Shown here one piece after another: positions 57,765-58,485 of a DNA stretch of 58,485 bases (its first letter is position 1; each line of letters opens with the position of its first letter). Both the position numbers and the translations under genes were made by a program. The notes beneath the pieces are model-generated. The model saw nothing but the letters and a program-made list of their open reading frames with translations. It was not told the DNA's origin and did no database searches. The stretch is from Pseudomonadota bacterium (GTDB lineage: Bacteria; Pseudomonadota; Gammaproteobacteria; Methylococcales; Methylococcaceae), in NCBI GenBank assembly GCA_039795615.1, contig JBDKLO010000149.1, positions 1-58,485 of the forward strand, given 5' to 3'.

Positions 57765-57782
57765 GTTTGAAGAGGTTTTCTA

Positions 57783-58259
57783 ATGAAAAAGCGACTGATC
57801 ATTCGACTTTTCTTCGCCACCTGGCTCTGGGTTCTGCCTCAGGGGGGGCATTCCGAAACCATTGGTTCGGTGAACTATCGCTTCAAATGGCTGGGTCCGA
57901 GTGACAAAATTGCTGTCGAGGCATTTGATGACCCGGGGGTTTCGGGAGTGACCTGTTATTTGTCACGGGCTGAGACCGGTGGGCTCAAGGGCATGGTGGG
58001 ACTGGCCGAAAATCCCTCTAAGGCTTCCATCGCATGCCGTCAGACGGGGGGCATTGAGAGTGGGGTGATGGATCGTTTGAAGGACGAAGAAGAAGTCTTC
58101 AGCGCTCGCGCATCGGCCATTTTCAAATCCACGCAAGTGATTCGCTTTCTGGATCGGAAAAGAGGAGCGCTGGTCTACCTCACCTATAGCGACCGAATCG
58201 TAGATGGCAGTCCGGACAACTCGATTTCAGTGGTACCGATACGAGCTCAGAATCCTTGA
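57783..58259 (+). CDS. creA: CreA-family periplasmic protein
   Basis: [44 protein letters not shown] is collinear with E. coli CreA. Confidence 0.85.
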   Translation: MKKRLIIRLFFATWLWVLPQGGHSETIGSVNYRFKWLGPSDKIAVEAFDDPGVSGVTCYLSRAETGGLKGMVGLAENPSKASIACRQTGGIESGVMDRLKDEEEVFSARASAIFKSTQVIRFLDRKRGALVYLTYSDRIVDGSPDNSISVVPIRAQNP

Positions 58260-58267
58260 GTCTCGAA

Positions 58268-58485
58268 TTATCGGTAGCTTGCCGCTTCGGATGTGGTGTA
58301 ACGCAGGGTGAGTTTTGCCAGTAGCGCAAAAATAATCGCCCAGCCCATCGCCATAGACTGAAGCCCATGGGTGGCATCGGTGATGGTGAGGACGCCCATA
58401 TTTTCACCGACCATTGCAAAAAGGGGCCCAAAGCAGGAGCCGAGCAGGAGGGATCGGAAGGGATGTCCTTTCAATCCTGAGAGGG
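58268..58485 (-). CDS. C-terminal part of a hydrophobic (membrane) protein; the N-terminus probably lies beyond the window
   Basis: The ORF runs to the window edge. The hydrophobic sequence LLLGSCFGPLFAMVG...MAMGWAIIFALLA is not assignable to a family. Confidence 0.35.
   Translation of the reverse strand, partial: LSGLKGHPFRSLLLGSCFGPLFAMVGENMGVLTITDATHGLQSMAMGWAIIFALLAKLTLRYTTSEAASYR

Overview
This is a 58.5-kb chromosomal window from a Gram-negative bacterium. The gene order (yggS-proC-yggT-yggU, ispA-dxs-apt, HAD-IB/rppH, dapE-yffB) looks beta/gamma-proteobacterial. The content (soxY, soxZ, a TusA-family protein, an SseA-type sulfurtransferase, c-type cytochromes, a di-haem peroxidase, a truncated haemoglobin) suggests a sulfur-oxidising chemolithotroph, but the taxon cannot be fixed without a database search. 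I support about 60 protein genes and 2 tRNAs (Gly-CCC, Ser-UGA). I saw no rRNA, CRISPR array, transposase or integrase. The backbone includes a porin and cytochrome c peroxidase, mscL, an OmpR-type two-component system, glgC-edd-eda facing a giant GH15/phosphorylase-kinase-like gene, glpK, parC, the isoprenoid genes, dapE, proC, trmB, an mltD-like gene and creA. Five accessory or unusual parts stand out. (i) A tightly packed ~15-kb xanthomonadin-type, halogenase-containing aryl-polyene type II PKS cluster lies at 35.7-50.7 kb. (ii) A head-to-head soxZ|soxY pair is separated by 28 bp, and each gene is translationally coupled into an unrelated operon (trmB on one side, the polyene ligase operon on the other). 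(iii) A short orphan TpsA-like exoprotein has an AT-rich passenger region and sits next to tRNA-Ser. (iv) A secreted Gly/Tyr-rich small protein resembles sulfur-globule envelope proteins. (v) A truncated-haemoglobin gene is fused to a single CBS domain. I did not find an unambiguous, wholly new multi-gene system; the soxY/soxZ junction with the polyene cluster is the most unusual architecture. All family calls rest on motif recognition by eye in the supplied translations, and no searches were run.
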